64,000 nucleotides of DNA from Basidiobolus meristosporus CBS 931.73 (Eukaryota; Fungi; Basidiobolomycota). The DNA is taken from contig MCFE01000509.1 of NCBI GenBank assembly GCA_002104905.1, forward strand, positions 896 through 64,895, read 5' to 3'. This document shows positions 1 to 15,015 of the stretch, piece after piece (position 1 is the first letter of the stretch; each line of letters starts with the position of its first letter). The position numbers and the translations under genes are program-made. The notes under the pieces are model-generated. The model was not told the DNA's origin. It made no database searches and saw only the letters and a program-made list of their open reading frames with translations.

Positions 1-656
1 TTCTTCAAGAGCAGTGCTCAGGAAAATGCACTGGAATATTGCAAGGACTTAGTGCAAAGACTGGCAGATGAGGAGCTAGACCTTGCAGTGCCAGCTGAAG
101 ACCAGGATGTGTGGGAACCAGTGAATGAATAGTGGCATAAAGCTGTTTGGTTCCCGCCAAAGTTATGGAACCAGAGCGCTATAGCAGAAATACTTATTGA
201 GTGGTGGATTTTAATGGAGTTACTTGTTGAGTGTGGGGTTGGGCTTAATGTTAGTGTAGGGTAAAGAGACTTGTATAGGTCAATACAATTTTCAATTGAG
301 GTACAACTGCAGATTCAACGCAAATAAATCAATTTATATGCATGAAAAGTAAGAGAACTGGCTAAGTCAGGAAGTAAGGAGTGTGAAAAGAGGCAATAGC
401 CAATCAATTCACACAAATGTAGGAGGCAATAGAGTGTCCAGGATCAGAAAGTGAGCAAATTGGCAGGGAACCAACCAAAAGCCACTTATATATTGCTGCA
501 ATGCAAAATTTTGACAAAGTTTTTTGTGAAACCTGGGGTGCAATTATTTTTCAACTGTCTCTGGACAGAGTCCTGACAAGATTGGTACCTCTCAGTCACA
601 GGACATTAAGTTTGTAGCTGCCTTTAGATGGGATCATCTCAATAATTTTTCATAGG

Positions 657-2215
657 GATTACAAACACATATAATAGGTTAAGGAAGGTCCCAAGAACAT
701 GTGCTCACAGTTTGGGGCTGTTGGGACAACTTTGAGAATTTTCATGTTCTGGGTAACTGATCTTTTGGTGAAAATATTCTAAGTAAATCCCAACAAGGGA
801 TTTGGTCAGTATTCTATAGAAATCAAAGGTAATGATCCAAGTAACTAATTTAGGTGATGATTTAGGTGGAGTTACAAACTTTAACAAAACTTCTATTTAG
901 TTAAATGCTCACACTGAATAGTCCTAATTTTGACCAAAGATATTGAAACCTGTCCTTACCTAAAGATTTAGTAAGTATGTCTGCAATTCTTTCAGCTGAA
1001 GGACAGTAAACTAAGCTAACTAAGTAATTTTCTATAGCTTCACATAAGAATTGATGTCTAATACTTATATGCTTTGTTCTAGCATTAATAGTTGGATTTC
1101 TATTGGATTGTATACATCCTTAATTATCCTGAAATAAAGAGATAGGGTTTTTTTTGATATAGACCTAGATCTGTAAAAAGCTTGCTTAACCACATTGCTT
1201 CTTTTGTAGCTTCACAGACTGCCATCTGTTCTGCTTCTATGGTGAAATTGGTATGGTTGGCTGCTTTCTTGAATTTCATGAAATTGCTCCTTGACAGTAA
1301 AGAAAGGTGTATTCTGTGGTGGATTATCTGTCTTCCAAGTTTCATCCTCAATCAACATCAGAGAATCCCAAAAGATCCCATTGTGAATCCTTAAGTGTGT
1401 ATATTAAGCAGATATTGGCAGTTCCTTTTAGGTATCTCAAAATCTGCTTAACTGCTGTAATATGATATGATCCATAGTTCTGATTATGTTGGCTGACAAC
1501 TCCCACTGAAGATGAGATATCTGGATGTGTTCCAAGCATGATATACATCAGACTACTGGCCATAGGTTGATAAGGATAGTCAGGGCTTTCAGACAGCACT
1601 AAGCCCTCTTGATATGGTTGAGTTTTGACCAAGTTGAGGCTTGTCTCCACTGGGGCAGCTGCTGGTTTACAGTCTTCCACTTGGTACTTCTTTAGTATAT
1701 CTTAAATACACTTGGATTGGCTTAGTGTGATAGTCAGGGTACTTCTGTCTGTACAGAACTTTATCCCTAAGTAGTAACTAAGCTCTCCTAGATCAGAAAT
1801 CTTGAACTCCTTGAGTAGGCTAGATTTAGTCTCTTCCAATACTTCTAGGTTGTTGGCAGTTAGAGTAAGATCATCCACAAATGGAGCTAATAGAACTGAA
1901 TTTTCTCTATCTGGCTTATAGTTTACACTATAGTCAGCATTACTCCTTTTGAAACCCAAAGATTCTAAATACAAATCTGTCTGGCAATTCCAGTGTCTTG
2001 GGGATTGATGGAGACCATATGAAAGGTTCTAAGCTTGTAGACCAAATGGGTGTTGTCTTGGTCAGCAAACCCATAAGGCTGGTCCATATACATGTCCTCA
2101 TTATGCACTTCACTCAAAAATGCAGCAATTGCATCCATTTGATGTATAAAAAACTTATATTTGGCTGCAATAGCCAATATCAATATCATGGATAAAACTT
2201 GGCTACCATTACAAA
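657..2215 (-). mobile_element. Degenerate Ty1/copia element: RT C-terminus, RNase H and part of the 3' LTR (~657-887)
   Basis: Minus-strand ORF pieces read FIHQMDAIAAFL..MYMDQPYGF, LLAPFVDDL..KISDLGELSYYLGI, YIMLGTHPDIS..VGVVSQ, LLGFSDVD and EAEQMAVCEATKEAMWLSKLFTDLG, which are RVT_2 and RNase H motifs. The 657-887 segment matches the solo LTR at 10048-10396. Confidence 0.9.
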
Positions 2216-3279
2216 GGTCTCAGTACTGTCTGGTGTAGTGGGTGACAGTGACACCCACTGACAGATGTGCTCATTCCCTCATTTTCTACTTCCCTATATC
2301 TCTACTACATTTATTTTAGTTTTATCCCATTTGTCTTACCCAATCAGTGCTATCCCATAAGTGGTTGACCATTACACCTGCCTACCTTATTGCATAAGTT
2401 ACCCCTCACTTTATGTATATTACTAGCAATAAGTGCCTCTATATTAGGCAAGTACCTGCACCGGCACCTGTGACACATGATCAACCTGTGTCACCATCCC
2501 TACCATTTCCATACCATATATTGTATCCTTATGTTACACAGGTTTCAGAATGCTGGTTCCTGATTGGTTGGATGTGCTCTGCCTCCTAGAACCTTCCAGC
2601 ACCTACTTAGAGCATTCTTAGGTCATTCTGATGTCATTAAGATTTCTATTGATATCCGGAAACTTCTGGAACACCATGATTAGTAATCCCTTAGCCAGTA
2701 AGAAAAGTATATAAGGGAGGCTATCCCTCAACAATAAATCATCATCCCTTTTATCAATATACCAACTTGTTGATTAGTGTGATCACTGCTACCTGCTGCT
2801 ACCTGAACTTCCAACCCTAGACCACAGGACACTCCCAGGAAACTGCACTGACAGCCAACTGACCTTGGAGGTACTACTTGGGAGGAATACTCAGAGTAGG
2901 TATCTTTCATTATATTTGATTCTTTCCCAAGTTTGTTCTTGTACAGGTAAAGATACTTTTCTGTCTTTGTAACTATTGAATATAGCTGCATTCTTATCAA
3001 GTCCCTGCTGGTGGAGTTTACAGTTGTTTTGACTTTGGAAGCTTTAGTACATTGTCATCTCAAAGGACGCTGAACCCAGCACATACTTTTGTTAAGACGC
3101 CAACTAAGTTGGGGATTGTAGCTCAATAGTTTTTGCTTGACAAGCTTGTGGCTTTATTCCCCTTCACATTAAATTAGAGACACAACCCAAGTATTCCTAG
3201 CAAGCTTTTGCCAGAGGTTATTGCACCCAGTGAACACCCCACACACAAAACATTTGAGAAGTGTTGGACGCATCTCTCC

Positions 3280-4200
3280 CTTGGACCCATATACCACCAT
3301 ACTGGCCCTTTGGTGTGAGAGTACATTTTGGCTACAGGTCTTGCTTTGTAGCATGCAACCGTACCATCAGTCTTGTATCTTGTCTAAAAAACCCATCTGC
3401 ATCCAGTTGATTCTGGGCTGATTGGTAATTTGACCAAGTCCCAAGTTTGATTTTCCATCTTGGCCTGATAATTCTCAGCCATTGTAGATCACCCAAATTC
3501 TGTATAAGGGCTATTTAGGGACTCTTTTATGGTCTGGGGCTCATCAATGTGACTGAATAGGTATAGGCTAAGTTTGTACCCTCATTGATATAGACTTTGT
3601 GCTATTTCTTGTCCAATAAGATATCCAAGAATTTGATACTAGAATGATCACTTCTGGGATATTTCTGACCACTGATTAAGACTGAATCACGGTTTTAAAG
3701 CCTTCTGGAGTGAAAAGGTTTTCATTATTTTGCTCTGTTTCAGTCCTGACTATTGTTGGACTTGAGATCAAATTTTCATCATCATCTGATGTCAATCTTG
3801 AATTTTCATCAAACAGCACATCCCTGAAAATGATCGGCTTCTTTGTTTTGGTATTTTAGAGTCTGTATGTCTAACTCTCATTGATGTAGTCATAAAATAT
3901 GTATTTTGCACTCTTTGGCTCAAATTCTGACTGATTTCCAGGCAGTTTCTTGGCATATGCTGTATACTAAAGTATTCTTAGATGTTCCGCACTTGATCTG
4001 TATCTATACCATGCTTCAAAAGGAGTAGGATGAGAAAGTTTTCTGTTATAACTCCCATTTCTAAGGTGTACAGCTGCAGCAAGTGATTCTGGCAAAAATC
4101 ACAGGATAATATATGATCAAGCATCATACACCTTGCTATTTCATTTATTGTTCTGTTTGCACATTCTGCTACTCAGCTTTGCTGTGGGGAGTATGGTGTT
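3280..4200 (-). mobile_element. Ty1/copia fragment: integrase end to RT start
   Basis: Manual translation gives PQQS*VAECANRTINEIARCMM (integrase) and EPQTIKESL..ENQTWDLVKLP..GCRWVF..YKAR (start of RVT_2), with stops. Confidence 0.8.
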
Positions 4201-4749
4201 ATGAATAGACACAAGGCAGGAGAGTAGAGCTAGGCAAAGTAGGACCAGGAAAGAACTTAGGTTTGAATCAACAAAGAACAGTGTGTTTCCAAAACAATGC
4301 TGTTATTCAAGACCTGTGTTTATTAGACTCAGGAATACATAAGGGGGGATACAGCTATATACTATTTGGCAATATGGATGCCAAGAGATATTGGCTAATA
4401 CTGATAGGGTTTTGGGGTGAGGCACAGTAAGTGTGCTAAGATAAAATATACTGAAGAACAGACTGGAATATCACATGGAGATATGTCAGGGGTCAGCTGA
4501 TCATGTGGTTAGGTCATGTGACATGTGGTTGCCAAATATGGCATAGGACTTTATAGGGGTGTCTATAGGGGTGTCTTTAGAGTAAAGGGGATTCTTAGAG
4601 GGGACTTTTCCAACAGAAGAGTGGTAGTTTCATGTGGAACTTAGATTGGATTCTTGTAAGCTTTACAGTCTCTTTACTTATGTAGTACCAATCAAGGTCA
4701 GAATACTCAACAGTGCCAGTGATGCAGGGGACGTCTTATAACCTTTAAA

Positions 4750-5950
4750 CTTGTGATTGTAGTGTGGAGATTCTGGAAAGAGAGGCTCCCTTCATTTTTC
4801 AGCTGGGGAAGTCATATATATGATATTTCTGAAGGATCAAAGTTTTTGGGTCATTGCGCAAGCAATACATGTGATACAGCACTAAGCTTTGCAGTAACAC
4901 AGATTGGACATAGGCGCAGCACCTGTAAATTTTCACATGACTTAAATGGCTGGTTCAAAAGTTACATGTGATCAAAGTTACCATAGTAATCCTAGCAATA
5001 GTGGCCTAGTGTATATAATAATGGACTCTTTTGGTCTTAACTCCTTAAGTACTGCTTTGAATGAGCTGCAATTTAAAACATGTGTTGGCTACTGCGTGTT
5101 CTGTATGACATAATATTCTTGGGTGAATTGCTTGTCAGGGTCAGGAGTATTTGTCCTTCAAAGTTGGAATTTCTTGATCATTCACTTGTGTGTTACAATA
5201 GCAAAAAGCAAAATAAAGCAATGAGTGCAATATTGGTTTTGAGGTATTGTAGTAATGAAGTACCTACCATTACCACACTTCTATAGAATGATCCATTGTG
5301 TAACATTGACTTGGAGCTTTCAAGAAGCTGCTAGAATGTAGTAGAACTTTCTAGAAGGAACTGGGATTTCTTCATTGACTTGATTTGGCTATATAATTGG
5401 AGACCTGTGATGTCATGTGATCATGACATATGGTACAGTAGTCTCTTACTTTATCCCCTGAGCTTTGCAGAAGTCAATGGACAGTTTTGTGGTAAATTCT
5501 CCATCATTGTCAGTGTGTATTTTCTTAATTTTTTCACAAGTTTTTCTCTTCATCATGGCTTCAAACTCCCTGAGTTTGGACAGAGCTTCTTACTTTTTCT
5601 TCATAAAGTAGACCCACAAGTATCTTATATGATAATCAATAAAAGTGATTAAATACTTCATCCTGCCTAAGGATATGTTTTGCAGAGGTCCACACAGACC
5701 TGAGTGAATTCCATCTAACTTTTCTTAGTTGTGATTAACCCAGAGCTCTTAAACAGCTGTCTGGCTTTGTTTCCACATATGCAGGCTTCATGGTGCTTCA
5801 AATTAGCTGGGGGATCAACTTTTGCTCCGGGAATTACGTGATCTTTGATCATTTTACACAAATATGCAATATTGATGTGTCCAAATCTCCTGTGCCAAAG
5901 CATTGGTATTTACTTATTTAAGTGACTTATATTGGCTTCCTTATATGATA
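4750..5950 (-). mobile_element. Ty1/copia fragment: GAG-pre-integrase and integrase core
   Basis: LWHRRFGHIN..CICGNK (ORF 5715-5903), followed by RYLWVYFMKKK..IHTDNDGEF..GIK*ETTVPY. Confidence 0.8.
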
Positions 5951-6399
5951 TAATATCAGTTAACCTATACAGATTCAATATTGTTAACCTTGAGCAACTT
6001 CACCTTGAAGTTTTATCATAAGTTGTAACTTTGTCTAAATTTCCCATTAATATACTTCTTGCACATCCATATTAGATCTCTTCAATTCTCTCCTCCCAAC
6101 CTTTTCCCTGCTTAATAATGCTTCTACTACTCTATTATTCAATATTATTGCCAACTTGCAATTTTTATCCCTGATGATTACTCTAAGACACTCTCTTCTG
6201 GTGAAACCCTTAACCTAAAACTTTGACATCTGGTAAAATTCCAAACTTAAACAATATTTCCCCAGATGAAACCACAAATACCTCTTTCTATGATTTTCCA
6301 TTTGTTACCCTATCACATCCCCTGGATTCTGATGGCAGACACCCAATAGCCATGAAGAGCTTATTGTGCCCAATGTGCAAAACCTCAGAATCTGACACA

Positions 6400-7800
6400 G
6401 GCAACACAAAGACCAGTTGCTACCATGTGGCAACTAGCCCTGCAGGAGGTGCACCAACCACTGATCAAGGCAAAACAAGGGAACTGGTAGATTTACCAAG
6501 TAGGGGTAAGCCAATTGGACATAGAGGGGACTATAAGATCATGATGAGGCCAAATAGTACTGTTGATAAGTACAAAGCTAGATTAGTGGCAAAAGGCTAC
6601 CCCCACATCCAGGGACTATACATCAAGGTAACCTTTGCTGCAATGGCCAATTTAACTCCATTTGGTCAGCTCTAGCCCTGAGAGCTGTACACAGTTTAGA
6701 TCTACACCAGATAGACATCAAATGCCCTTTTAAATGGGGATCTACAAGAGTCTATATATATAGCACAAATAGTATGTTTTATTGATCCAGAAGGCCTCTG
6801 TAGGGTGTGCAGACCTGAAAATTGCTATGTAGTCTTAAGCAGGCACCTAGATTATGGTATAACAACACTGTCAAATTGCTAGAGGAGCTAGGGATCATTT
6901 GTATCACTGCAGATCACATGATATTTACAAAACTACATTCAAAGAGAATAATTATCCTAGTGCTTTATGTGGCTCTCTATAATAGCTACAAGCAGCAAAG
7001 AGACACCTAAACTGACAAAATAAGACCCCTTCAGCAAGCTTGAGATGAAAGTACTCAGAAAGTTGAGCTATGTCCTTGAAAATGATCTCAATTTGACATA
7101 TATTTGCTGAAAATCCTGCTGTATCAGTCTAAGTACATTGAGGACACTTGTAGACATGTCAAAATGAACAATTGCAACCCAGCAGCAACCACCATAGGTA
7201 ATAACTTTAAACTGAAAGTGGTAGTTGGGATAGTTGGTCAATTTATGCAGCATTATGAATATGATCAGATTGCAGCAGTTAAACAAATCTTCAGATATAC
7301 GCAAGGTACTATTAATGTAGTTGTGGAATACTCTTGAGCAACTTACAGGCAAAGATTTAATGGCCATAGTGATTCAAATTGGGTTAGAGATCTAATTGGT
7401 AGATGCTCTATTACTGTGTATGTATTACTATGTCCAGGCGCAGCTATTACTTGGAATTGCAAGAAACAACCAACTGTGGCCCTCTCTACAATCAAGGCAG
7501 ATTATATGGCACTTGTCAAATGGCAAAGAAGGTGGTTGTTTGGTTACAAAACTTGTCCAGGACTTTTAAATCTTAATTAAGATGAACCAACATGAACTTA
7601 TAACAAGAACCAAAGTTGTATTTCATTTACTAGGAATCCAGCTAATCATGCCACAACCATGCACATAGAAAAAAAAACACTTTGTAAGCAAAGCTGTAGA
7701 ACATAGCCCAGTAGAGTTAGTTTACTGACCAACTAACAAAATGGTGGCAGATACACTGACAAGTCCAGCTAGGCCGCAGTTTGAAAATCTCAGAGAGAAG
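6400..7800 (+). mobile_element. Ty1/copia RT and RNase H relic
   Basis: ELVDLPSRGKPIG..YKARLVAKGYPHIQG, SLKQAPRLW and downstream RNase H-like sequence, with many stops and frameshifts. Confidence 0.85.
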
Positions 7801-7999
7801 TTGGGAATAGGAAATTATTTAGTTAAGGTGAAGAGTCAGAATATTGGACTATTTGGTATCTTTGGTCAGCTAAAAACTTACTTTACAGTTATGGACTACT
7901 CTTGGTAGCTGTGGGATGCATTTACAGCCCTAGTTTTGCCACTTCTTTTGGATCTGTGAACCTGTGATTAATCTCCTACAGCCAAGAGCAAATTGGCGC

Positions 8000-9950
8000 T
8001 TTTACCCAACAATATGTACTAACTCCAAAGCCTTTACCAAATTCTCCTGAATGTTGAGAAACTCTCCTGACTAAGTGTTACAGTTGCATTGCTTCTACCA
8101 AAGTATAAAAGCTGAGCTTCCTTATATATAAATAACAGTTCAACTATAATAATAGTCTCTTGATAGGTTCCTGGTATCTATAACATTTCTTAAGTTGCAA
8201 TAGTAAAAAGCTTCAATATGATTTTGGCAATGTGTAATTAGCTCAAATATTTTAGCACTCCCACACAACCATGTAATCTCTTAAGTGCAATGCATCTATG
8301 AGCCTTTCAAACTTTGGCCTAGCTAGTGGCTTATTGATATGCATGTTGAAGTATTAGAGAAATGCATTGGAGGCAAATTGGATAATCAGAAGATTTGTAT
8401 GTTATTCATTGGTTTCTTTGGTGAGTTGCAACTCAATATTTATACCTATTGCAGGACTACATAAGTATAACTATTTGATAACTATTAATGTAATCCATGT
8501 GTACAAACTTCAAATTTAAGCATATCTGCAAAAGTCTCAGATTTTCCTAAAATTCTGTACTTCACTGATTCCTGATAATTAGTAAATATACAACTACCTA
8601 ATTTCTTATTTGATATCCTGAGATGCATCATGTAGCTAGGTGCTAGCTCATAGAATGTTATTACTTTGGTGAGCTCCTAATTATTTTAACACTCCTATCC
8701 ACATATATTAATATACTTAAGAACTTGGTGTGGTGATGTGTATAATACAGTTGGAATTAAATCTGAAACTTACAATCTAACCTTTCAGACAAACATATTC
8801 TTCAATATATGCTAAGGCTAGCACTCTATCTGTAGTAGCTAAGTATAAGCAAATACTGTTAACTACATAAATTGTATCAAATTAATTGAGTCTGCTTTTG
8901 GATCTCTTTGCAAAAAATATATCTTGATCATCAACAGCACCAGTATATAGTTTATTTCACTTGAACTATTCTTATTTATCAATACCAGGCCCTGTATAAT
9001 AGCTTTCCTCCTACATTCCATATATGATCTGCTGGGACCAATAACAAGTCACCATTAGAGTTGCCTTGCCCTTCACCAGTTGACCTAGAGTTTCTCTGCA
9101 AGACTGGTGAAATCATTGATATTTATCCTGAATCTATTCTTTTCTGATGTGGGTTATTATACTTGCACTAAAGCTACATCTTCTGGTGTCACCTGCCTAT
9201 TGAAATTGACTTAAATATATCACATATATCCTTTGTATTCAGGCATAAATCTCTTGTACTATTATTGCTGAGATATTACTAAGATCTTCCCATCATATCA
9301 CAATAGGCTTGATGTGGTGTCACAGAGTACTACAGCCTGATTGATAGCTACTCAAAAAGGCTTCATCCTTAACAGGATAGATAGGAATTCTTATTTACTC
9401 TTGTGCTTAAACAATATTACCCGCTCTGGCTCTTTCCAAACTCATAAGTCTATCATAGCAGATCTGATATGCCACTGTTATTTTTGATAGAGCATTCTAG
9501 CTCAGAGCTGGGTTGGCTATGCAAATGGATAAGTCCACAATCTCCAGGCTGCATTACAACTCTGAGGTTGACTCTTGACACTACCACTCTAACTTGATAG
9601 CACTTTTCTAAATGGCTAGAGAAATATCATTTTCTATTGTATTCCAATATATTCTACTGATGTTTCTGATGCTTAACATAGAAATGTAGCTCATTTAATT
9701 AGTGTCCCAAAGAGCATCAGTGTTTTTAATACTAGTATAGTACCTCTGATATATCAGAAGTACCACTCATAAAAGTGAAATGCCTGGAATCACTGCTTTT
9801 GGCCAAATATATAGATCTTATACATCTTTCTGATCCTCAGAGCTTGAGCAAGACAATCTGCATATCCATATGCATTTTCAACTCCATACCAGTGCACCAA
9901 GTGGCTTCAAAGTGCTTGCACTACATATCCATTTAAGTGGCTACACACTT
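8000..9950 (-). mobile_element. Highly decayed Ty3/gypsy-type pol (RT and RNase H)
   Basis: Manual translation shows MLFGTLIK*ATF (like MPFGLxNAPATF) and LFKHKSK*EF (like LxxKxSKCEF), followed by an RNase H-like segment. The region is CpG-poor. Confidence 0.5.
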
Positions 9951-10047
9951 AAGTAAGTTCATGGCAGAAATGTGTGTACCTCATCATCAGATACATGTTT
10001 ACATACATATATAAGAGTCCAATAACCATATATACTAGGCTTCTATT

Positions 10048-10396
10048 TGTTGTAAGAGTCTTGGAGATATTGGAAGTGATTTGGAGAACATGTAGATTAT
10101 GTGGTTTTCACTTAATGATTTATTGAATGTAAAAGGAGCATTTATACCTTTACCTGGTCTTGGTATTACAAACATGTAGAATAGGTTAAGGAAGGTCCCA
10201 AGAACATGTGTGCAAAGTTTGGGGCTGTTTGGACAACTTTGAGAATTATCATGTTCTGGGTACCTGGTATTTTGGTGAAAATATTCTAAGTAAATCCCAA
10301 CAAGGAATTTGGTCAGTATTCTCTAGGATTTGAAGGTGATGATCTAAGTGACAAAGTTAGGTGAATATTTAGGTGGAAATACAAATTTTTACAACA
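10048..10396 (-). mobile_element. Solo LTR of the copia family (349 bp) with a perfect 5-bp target-site duplication
   Basis: Termini TGTTGTAA...TTACAACA, flanked by CTATT at 10043-10047 and 10397-10401. The same family forms the 3' LTR of the minus-strand copia elements. Confidence 0.92.
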
Positions 10397-11345
10397 CTAT
10401 TACTGGCATTAGTATGGTGACTTTAATTTCTTGTAACTTTTAAACTAGCTAATCATATCAAGCAATACTTTCACAGGTGCTGCACTTATATTTGATCTAG
10501 GCCACTACAAAATATTAGCATTGTCACATGTGTATTGCTTGAGCAATCAATCAAAAACTTTGTTCCTTCATAATTGTCATTTACATGACTTCCCCACCGC
10601 AAATAAAAAGGAGCCTCAGTTTCCAGAATCTTCATACTACAACTCAAATTTAAATGTTATAAGACTTACCCTGCGTCACTTGGACTGTTGAGTATTCTGA
10701 CTTTGATTAGTACTACATCAGTAAAGAGACCACAAAGCTCAGAAGAAGTCAATCTGAGTTCTACAAGAAAAAACTACCACCTATCTACCAGAAGGGTTTC
10801 CTCTAAGACACCCCTTTACTCTAATGACCATTCTTTAGAGACCCTTTTAAGGAGCCCCTTTACTATAAAGAAGCCCCTTCATGTCTAAAGACCATTATAG
10901 AGACTCCTACACCACACCCCTTAAGGTTAAAGGGGAGTTCAGAGTTTCCATATCAGGAAATATATTTTCACAGTGATAAGTGACCTCCAAATGACAATAC
11001 GGTAATATAAAAGTAAACTAGCCCAATAGTCAACAGAAGGTCCACTCATTGCTGTGGAAATAAAAAGCACTGCCTATAGTAAATTCTAAGTCTCAGATTG
11101 AGGATATTAGCAAAAGTTATATCTTCTATTGGTACATCAAATTCCCAATAAAGTAACTCAGTATTAGCTGACTGGAAGTTGTTGTATATTGTAGATTAGT
11201 TGTTTTGTTATAAAACAAGCCCCAAACTAATCATAATATAACACAACAGGACTCCTCATTATTTCAAACATTATCCTCCAGTTTACTATGCACCAAGGCT
11301 TCAGTTTACTTAAGGGCTCTTATTGACTGTTGTCCATTGGCCCTC

Positions 11346-14300
11346 TGTTTTAGAGTCTTAGCAATCTTGGGATTAACTGGGAAAACAAGTAGATTATGTG
11401 GTAAGCAATTAATAACTCATAGAATGTAAAGGTAGCATTCCTACTTTTATTTAGTCTTAGCAAGTCAAAAACAAATAATATATTTAGAAAGATCTCAAAA
11501 GCCTGTGTACAATGCCTGGGGCTTTTTGAACAATTATAAGAATCTTTATACTTTGGGTATCTGATTTTTTGGTGAAAATATTCTGAGTAAAACCAAACAA
11601 GTGAATTGATTAGAATTCCCTACAGTTTGTAGGTGATGATCTAAGTGGCCAAGTCAGGTGAGTATCTAGGTGCAATTACAAGCCTTTGCAATACTCTGAC
11701 TCAACTAAATTGTCATATTTTCTAATCCTAGTTATCAACAGAGGTATTGAGTTCAGTCTCTGGCTGATGGTTTAGTCAGCATATCTTTAACCACTCCATC
11801 TATACATCAGTATGTTAAGTTAACTAAGCTAGACTCACTTGCAGAATTATATCTGATATCAACATGCCTAGCTCTTGCAAGAAATGTAGGATGTCTACCT
11901 AATTATATGCATCCTTGATTATCCTGAGATAGTACAGCAGGAGTTTCAACATAATCTTAATTGTTTAAGAAGCTTTCTTTAACACACTGCTTCTTTTGTA
12001 TTCTTCCAGGCTGCCATATTCCCCGCCTTTGTGGTGGAAAGAGAAGCAATTGAATGCTTTCTTGAGTAGCATGAAATTGCTCCTTTACTGCAAAAAAGTG
12101 TATCCTTCAGTAGACCTTCTGGGTACAAATTTGTTTCCCTGATATGAATCAAAGTATCTAAGAATATTCTGCATTAGAATCTTTTAGATGTACCTTATGT
12201 GGATATCAGTGGCTCTTTTTAAGTATCTATATACTGCTTAACTGTTGCAATATGATCTAATCAACAGTTATATTTATGCTGGTAGATAACTCACCCTTAA
12301 TATGAGATGTCTGGACATGCTCCAATCATAAAATAAGTCATACCACTGACCATTAATTGATGTGGTAGCTCAGGGCTTTTAATGGCACCAAGCACTGCTG
12401 ATCTAATTGAGTACCAAGCAGGTTGTAGTTTTTCTCCATTGAAGTAGCTCCTGGACCACAGTCTTCAGATTGTAACTTTCTGGGTATAGCTTCAATATAC
12501 TTGAACTGACTTAGGGTGATACCTCTGCTTATGTTAGACAGTCTAGGTACTTCTGCATGTGGAGCACACTATACTTCATAATTACAGGGCTCACCTAGGT
12601 TGAACATTGGAAATCCATCAATTGGCTAAACTTAGACTCTTCCAATGCTTATTAGTTAGTAGTTGCTATACTAAGATTATCCTCATAATGAGCTTATAGA
12701 ACTGGACTTGCTCTGTCTGACTTATATTATATTCCATATGCAGCAGCACTTTTGTGGATATGCAAAGATTTAAATAAGAAGCTGTCTTACAATTCCTGGC
12801 TCCTTTTATTGATTTGGAGCTCTACACAAGTGTTTTGGGCTTGCTGACCCAAGGGGATTATCCTAGCCAACAAACCTGTCAGACTGGCTTATATACAGGT
12901 ACTAATCAAACATCTTGCTGTAAATGCATTTTTACATCTATGGGAGGAATAAACTGTTGTGTTTGGCAGCAATAGTAAGTATTGATCAGATGGAATTAAG
13001 CTTGACTACCCATACATACATTTCAGTGTAGTCCAGTCCCTTTGTTTGAGAGTATCCTTGGGCTATAGGTCTCACTCTTTATCCTTCTAGTGTATCACAA
13101 TCAACATAATTTATTTTATTGACTTATAAGCGTCCAAATCCTTTTTGACTGGTTGGTAATTTGATCAAGTACCAATCTGATCTTCCATCATGGCCCGGCA
13201 CGGCTCTATCTTTGCAGATCTCAAAATGTTTCTGCAGGCTATTTTGGGCCAGTTTTATCCTCTAGAGATCTTCAGTATGGACTGTATAGGGAAAGGCTAA
13301 TTGCCTCAGATCAATATATGTGACAGTAATGGATGCTCTCCAAGAGCACATCCCTGAGCATGATCTGCTTTGCTGCTTTAGTTTTATAGTGTCCAAATGC
13401 TGTACTCTCATTGCAGCAGCCCAAGAATTTGCATTTTATGCTATTAGGCCAAATTTGGACTGTTTACTGAGAAGTTCCTGAGTAACCTAGCATATAAGGT
13501 AGTGCCAAATACTCTTAGGAGCTCCTCATTTAGTGCATATCCACACCATGCCTAAAATTGAGTGGTAGCACAAAGAACTCTGCTACAACTATTATATCCA
13601 TGATATGCAGCTGAAGTAGATGACTCAGCCTAAAAGTTACAGGACAGTGTTGGATTCTAGATCATTGCTCTCACTGTATTAGTCATTAATCTGTTTGTAT
13701 ACTTTACAACTGTATTTTCTTGCTCAGAGTATGGTATTACAGTCTTCTGCTTTATCTCATCTATTTTACAGAGGTAGATGAAGATATGTGAAGTATATTC
13801 TCCATCATTAACAAAGTCTATGTTCTTGCTTTTTTCCCCAGTTTCTCTCTCCACATAGCATCAATCTCCCTGCACCTTTACAAAGCTGCTTCCTTTCTTT
13901 TGATGAAGTAAACCCACATGTTTCTTGTGCACTGATTAACAATTGTGATGAGATGGTTCATCCAACCCAAGGACAAATTTTCAATAGGTCCCCTTAAATC
14001 TGAGCAAGTTTGATCTTCTTTTATGTAGGTTTTAATTGAACTGCAACTATTGATATGCTGTCAGGCTTGTTTCCTATATATGCAATCTTTGCAATGCTCC
14101 AAATTAGCTAGGGGATCAGTTTTTACTCCTGCAATAAGCTGATATTTCCACTGTTTGGAATAATCAAAATAATATGTAAAAGTTTTCTGCACTGAGGCTT
14201 TGTTGAGCCTATATTCATGTTACTTACACTGGCTTCCAGATATAATTAAATATAAGTTAACTTACATAGGATTCTATCTGTGATACCCAAAGCAATACAT

Positions 14301-14500
14301 GCACCATTATAATCAGAGATCCTGCATTCCAAACTGTCAAAACCAAACTGAGTCCTTTTGTTGTAGAAGTCATAATGATCACATGACATCCCTGACCTCT
14401 GATGCATAAGCCAAAACTAGTAGGTGAGGAGATCCCAGCTCCTTCTTCAATGTTCTATTGCATTTAAGCAGCCTCTTGAATGCGCCAAGTCTTGTTGCCC
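11346..14500 (-). mobile_element. Long decayed Ty1/copia element (3' LTR 11346-11693, RNase H, RT, integrase, GAG-pre)
   Basis: A diverged copy of the 349-bp LTR abuts the RNase H end. The integrase ORF at 13657-13854 reads FVNDGEY..TVIPYSEQENTVVKYTNRLMTNTVRAMI, and RT-like motifs lie at 12.2-13.2 kb. Confidence 0.85.
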
Positions 14501-14798
14501 AGTCAAGAGTTCAATGGAAGCCTCCCATTGAAATTCATGTAGTCCTATATAGTATAAGGTAATCACATATCATATCACTAAGTCAAATGAGCACCAGACC
14601 TCTTGGATATTCCCACATGATATTCTAGTTGGTTCTTAAGTATACTTCCACCCTAGCACACACACTGTACCACACTCTATAGCTCCATCAGTATTAGCCA
14701 ATATGTCTCAGCATCCATATTTCAAAAAGTATATATAGACTTATTCTCCCTTATGTATTCACTAGTCTGATATGGACAGGATAAAAGCCATGAATATG

Positions 14799-15015
14799 GT
14801 ACTCAATACCCATGGCACTCTGAATCAAGCTGAAAATGCTTGTAACATGGTACAAAAATACATGGCACTATATTTAAATATAAGCCCTGAAGTAATACCC
14901 ATAGTAAGCACTCATGGTGCTAGATAATGCAAGTGGTCCATGATAGTGCCATGCATTTTTGAACCAAAATATAAAACTCTGCATCTAGATTCCAAATGCC
15001 ACAGGTATTGGGTAC
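14799..15015. mobile_element. Foldback/MITE-like element with long imperfect terminal inverted repeats
   Basis: GTACTCAATACCCATGGCACTCTGAATC pairs with GATTCCAAATGCCACAGGTATTGGGTAC, and an inner AAAATACATGGCACTAT pairs with ATAGTGCCATGCATTTT. A related copy lies at 36461-36707. Confidence 0.65.

Noticed and set aside
2234-2733. LTR-like segment with TG..CA ends and a 7/9 terminal inverted repeat (a similar one at 4197-4743)
   Set aside because: No target-site duplication and no second copy in the window, so boundaries cannot be supported.
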